From contig JBPOGH010000022.1 in NCBI GenBank assembly GCA_051252135.1, positions 1 through 57,939 of the forward strand: a DNA stretch of 57,939 nt, written 5' to 3'. Below, in pieces: positions 56,551 to 57,939 of this stretch. The notes beneath the pieces were generated by a model, which worked only from the letters and a program-made list of their open reading frames with translations, ran no database searches and had not been told where the DNA came from. The position numbers and the translations under genes were made by a program. Within the stretch, counting starts at the first letter, position 1. Each line of letters begins with the position of its first letter. The DNA is from Verrucomicrobiaceae bacterium. Lineage in GTDB: Bacteria; Verrucomicrobiota; Verrucomicrobiia; Verrucomicrobiales; Akkermansiaceae.

Positions 56551-56943
56551 ATGTACAGGACGCTCATTTTCAGATCCGAGTCCGACGATGAGCCGGAATT
56601 CAACGACTCCGAGGATCAGATTCGACCAGGCTCACGAGACGTTGCAGAGGCGATCGTTGAAGAGCTCGGTCGGTTATCCGCCGTGAACGTGAGCTCGATC
56701 GATCAACACGAATTCTACGGGTGGGGTTTCTACACCGAAGTGGAGGGAGGGAGCTTTTACAACGTTCTCAACCCCGTGGAAGACGAGGCCTACCTCACTG
56801 TCTCGATGAGTTTCTTTTTCATTAAGCGAATGCTGCTCAAGAAGCCCAAGAAGTGTTTTGAAGTGTACTGTTCCATTCTAACCAAGGCAGTTGAAGCCAC
56901 TGGGGGCGCAACGGATCTAAAGTGGGAAGATTACCGCACATAG
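56551..56943 (+). CDS. Cassette 6: acidic hypothetical protein
   Basis: 130 aa ORF between attC5 and attC6. Confidence 0.82.
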   Translation: MYRTLIFRSESDDEPEFNDSEDQIRPGSRDVAEAIVEELGRLSAVNVSSIDQHEFYGWGFYTEVEGGSFYNVLNPVEDEAYLTVSMSFFFIKRMLLKKPKKCFEVYCSILTKAVEATGGATDLKWEDYRT

Positions 56944-56955
56944 CAGAACGCAAAT

Positions 56956-57081
56956 GCCGAACAAGACGTCGCTACCAACCCGCTGCCGCTGTGGACTTGA
57001 AATCTGATTGAACGCTCCTAACATTAACACTGCGATCAACGCGCGCCGCCTGCAGCGGGTGGCAGGACTTTGACGTTCCGC
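56956..57081 (+). other. attC site 6
   Basis: GCCGAAC...GTTCCGC; arms GTCGCTACCAACCCGCTGC / GCAGCGGGTGGCAGGAC. Confidence 0.88.
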
Positions 57082-57112
57082 CAGTAGACCCCTGCATCGA
57101 CACTAGATCAAA

Positions 57113-57727
57113 ATGAACGCACGCGTATTCCTCAGCATTGCCGCTGCGGCAATTGGAGTCGTTTCGGCCAATGACAAAGTTCCAAAGAAAATCGTTCCCG
57201 AATTGGGTGGCCAACCGGTTTTCCTCACCTTCGGGATGATTCTCGTACATCCAAAAGGGGTGGAACCTCCTCCCAAGGGTTACGAAGGGGCAATGCAAGG
57301 CAAAGAGCCCTTGGCGATCGTGAAGGTTGATGGAAAGATCGTTGGTGAGATCTACGGAAATCCACTGAGGGGCAAGGCCAAGGATGAGGCAGATGACATG
57401 CGCGGATCCGCCGACGACAGCCCGGTCATTTCTTTATTGAAACGAGACTCTGCCAAGAGGACTGACTTCGTGCATGAGATCACCACGCTGCGCTTAGACG
57501 TCCCAAGCAAGCTGGGGAAGCCATGGATTATTCATTCGTTGTATTTTCCAAAGGGAGATCATTCGGTGACCTTCAAATTTGTTGCTGGAGAGAAGGACTT
57601 CGAGCGAGTGCTACCGATCTTTGACGCAATGCTTTTCACGGAGGAATTCATGAGGAAGGCTCCGAACGGGCCCAAGCCGGATAAGGACAAACAAGCGACA
57701 GAACAAGGCGATGGACACAAGCGATAA
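57113..57727 (+). CDS. Cassette 7: secreted hypothetical protein
   Basis: 204 aa with an N-terminal signal peptide; stop codon inside attC7. Confidence 0.82.
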   Translation: MNARVFLSIAAAAIGVVSANDKVPKKIVPELGGQPVFLTFGMILVHPKGVEPPPKGYEGAMQGKEPLAIVKVDGKIVGEIYGNPLRGKAKDEADDMRGSADDSPVISLLKRDSAKRTDFVHEITTLRLDVPSKLGKPWIIHSLYFPKGDHSVTFKFVAGEKDFERVLPIFDAMLFTEEFMRKAPNGPKPDKDKQATEQGDGHKR

Positions 57728-57752
57728 TGGCCTGTCACCTTGGACGTTGGCC
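57698..57752 (+). other. Short, degenerate attC site 7
   Basis: ACAGAAC-AAGGCGATGG...CCTGTCACCTTGGAC-GTTGGCC; 55 bp with weaker pairing than attC1-6. Confidence 0.55.
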
Positions 57753-57894
57753 TATCGGTCTTGAAGACGGACTGGTCTGAATGGTGTTCCAGGCTTTTGC
57801 CTTATCTGGCGGCGTTGCTCAGGGAGCCGCTGATCATCAGCGTCACCCTTCGCGCCTTGCCGGACTTCAAAATGACTTGCAGCAGCGAACTCCC

Positions 57895-57934
57895 TCTTTC
57901 ATCAGCGCTTCCCTAGGGAAACACTGATGAAAGA
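57895..57934. other. Near-perfect 40-bp palindrome
   Basis: TCTTTCATCAGCGCTTCCC-TA-GGGAAACACTGATGAAAGA. Confidence 0.7.
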
Positions 57935-57939
57935 TGAAG

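Larger units (their letters stand above)
53593..57752 (+). mobile_element. Integron-type gene cassette array (7 cassettes); no integrase gene in the window
   Basis: Co-oriented short ORFs separated by imperfect palindromes bounded by nnnnAAC and GTTnnnn; lower GC and loss of the host G-skew. Confidence 0.92.

Overview
High-GC bacterial chromosomal window, inferred to be from a free-living Verrucomicrobiales bacterium (PEP-CTERM proteins, three sulfatases, a lamin-tail/CotH giant protein, DUF1080, a Tat-exported Gfo/Idh/MocA protein). The + strand is strongly G-rich whichever way genes run. About 40 chromosomal genes include gdhA, an adenylate-kinase-family gene, class 3 FBPase, mazG, a rhomboid protease, an FKBP, pdhC, rluE, a desaturase, engB, a MATE pump, lemA/DUF2207, GH16, lepA and a GH78 rhamnosidase; the SRP RNA (ffs) is at 6428-6517 (-). 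The main accessory structure is an integron-type array at 53593-57752: an attI-like site, 7 cassettes and 7 attC sites (mostly 100-140 bp, with non-canonical GTTCTGC/GCAGAAC cores), with no integrase gene where one is expected. Cassettes include immunity-like proteins and a possible stand-alone EF-G domain IV-like protein. Other signals are a small ORF with an in-frame TGA (U-x-x-C) followed by a SECIS-like hairpin; a low-GC island of paralogous, internally duplicated lipoproteins; a C-terminal motif shared by three unrelated secreted enzymes; a dispersed palindromic element with 7-nt-periodic arms; a MITE-like element; REP-like clusters; and several candidate leaderless genes. All calls come from reading the sequence by eye; no database searches were run.
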